Shown piece after piece: positions 63,272 to 64,000 of a stretch of DNA of 64,000 bases. Each line of letters begins with the position of its first letter. Within the stretch, counting starts at the first letter, position 1. The notes beneath the pieces are model-generated. The model was not told the DNA's origin. It worked only from the letters and a program-made list of their open reading frames with translations, and did no database searches. Made by a program: the position numbers and the translations under genes. This DNA is from Phoronis australis (taxonomy: Eukaryota; Animalia; Phoronida). The DNA lies in contig NMRA01000196.1 in assembly GCA_002633005.1 (NCBI GenBank), positions 269,632-333,631 of the forward strand. The letters are read 5' to 3'.

Positions 63272-64000
63272 TTCCCGAGCCTCCGTCACTCTCAAGTCAC
63301 GGATAGCGTGTGAAATGTCAGGTACAGCGCACTACAACGACGGTTTCCATTTGCTGTCTGCTGTCAATTTTAACCAGGAAGTTGGCGTGCGCATACTTAC
63401 ATCAGGTAAATCGAGGTCGGAAATCACAGGTGAGCTAGCTGTTTATATTGTGATATTACAGGACCGTAAGAAGGCAAAATTATTGGGGCCGGAGCACAAC
63501 CAATTGGACTTCGCCAGCTTACCCCCTTCCTATTGCCACCCCCGCTCTCCGTTCTCTGGGTGTCACCGAACCCCTCCCCCACGTCTACCATAGGTGGGTT
63601 GCAATACGTGAGATGCAGCCATCAGGATTTGAGTAAACGTGAACCAGCAAATTTTCACGGAGAGTAAGGATGGGTCAAGGGCCAGCGCACAAACGGGTAG
63701 CTGAGACTTGCCTTACGTAACTGTAGCTGAGATGCAACAGTGGATCTGACGAACTAGAGCTAGTCGCTACCTGTATGATTCATTTGAGACAGGCATCTTT
63801 GCTAGTACATATTCCTCTGCGCTGGCTGTAAGGTGAAGATTCGTTTTATAATGATCCAGTTTCGGGAAAACTTTATTTCATAATGGCCATTCTTTGATGG
63901 ATTTTTTGGAAAGGTGAGGACCCGAGGTCTCTGGTGCTTTTGAATTCCTTGATGAAACACGGTCAGTAGTCCAGTTTCTTGTGGCTTGGAAACATGATAC

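Noticed and set aside
63315-63593. Candidate exon 2 of the stonustoxin-like gene
   Set aside because: The phase-0 translation after the CAG acceptor (VQRTTTTVSICC...) shows no similarity to the expected continuation.
63690-64000. Possible LINE 3' fragment on the minus strand (KLDHYKT...EEYVL)
   Set aside because: Similarity is too weak and stop-ridden to support without a search.
1-64000. Very frequent TACATGTA palindrome
   Set aside because: It is scattered without spacing regularity and looks like a genome-wide compositional feature, not a local system.

Overview
AT-rich, repeat-dense eukaryotic genomic DNA from a draft assembly. It is probably a marine invertebrate: spliceosomal GT-AG introns, many TACATGTA words, N-gaps. 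(1) A complete 10-coding-exon class B1 (secretin-family) GPCR lies on the minus strand (26859->3154, 506 aa). I assembled it by hand and every intron phase is consistent; it is most like CRF/DH44- or PDF-type receptors, and the ORF track shows only pieces of it. (2) A plus-strand first exon at 57111-57263 encodes a peptide matching the N-terminus of stonustoxin/neoverrucotoxin-type (MACPF/CDC-like) pore-forming proteins; the rest of that gene is not in the window. (3) A decayed BEL/Pao LTR retrotransposon (57272-62649) sits 8 bp inside the first intron of that gene, with an in-frame internal deletion of protease and most of RT. (4) Non-autonomous DNA elements include a Helentron-type HINE with higher-order internal repeats, a set of CA...TG MITEs with perfect 5-bp target duplications, Harbinger-like MITEs and a tRNA-derived SINE; there are also tandem repeats. 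(5) Two near-identical duplications flanking Ns are probably uncollapsed haplotypes. No prokaryotic systems or CRISPR arrays are present, and most short ORFs in the track are spurious.
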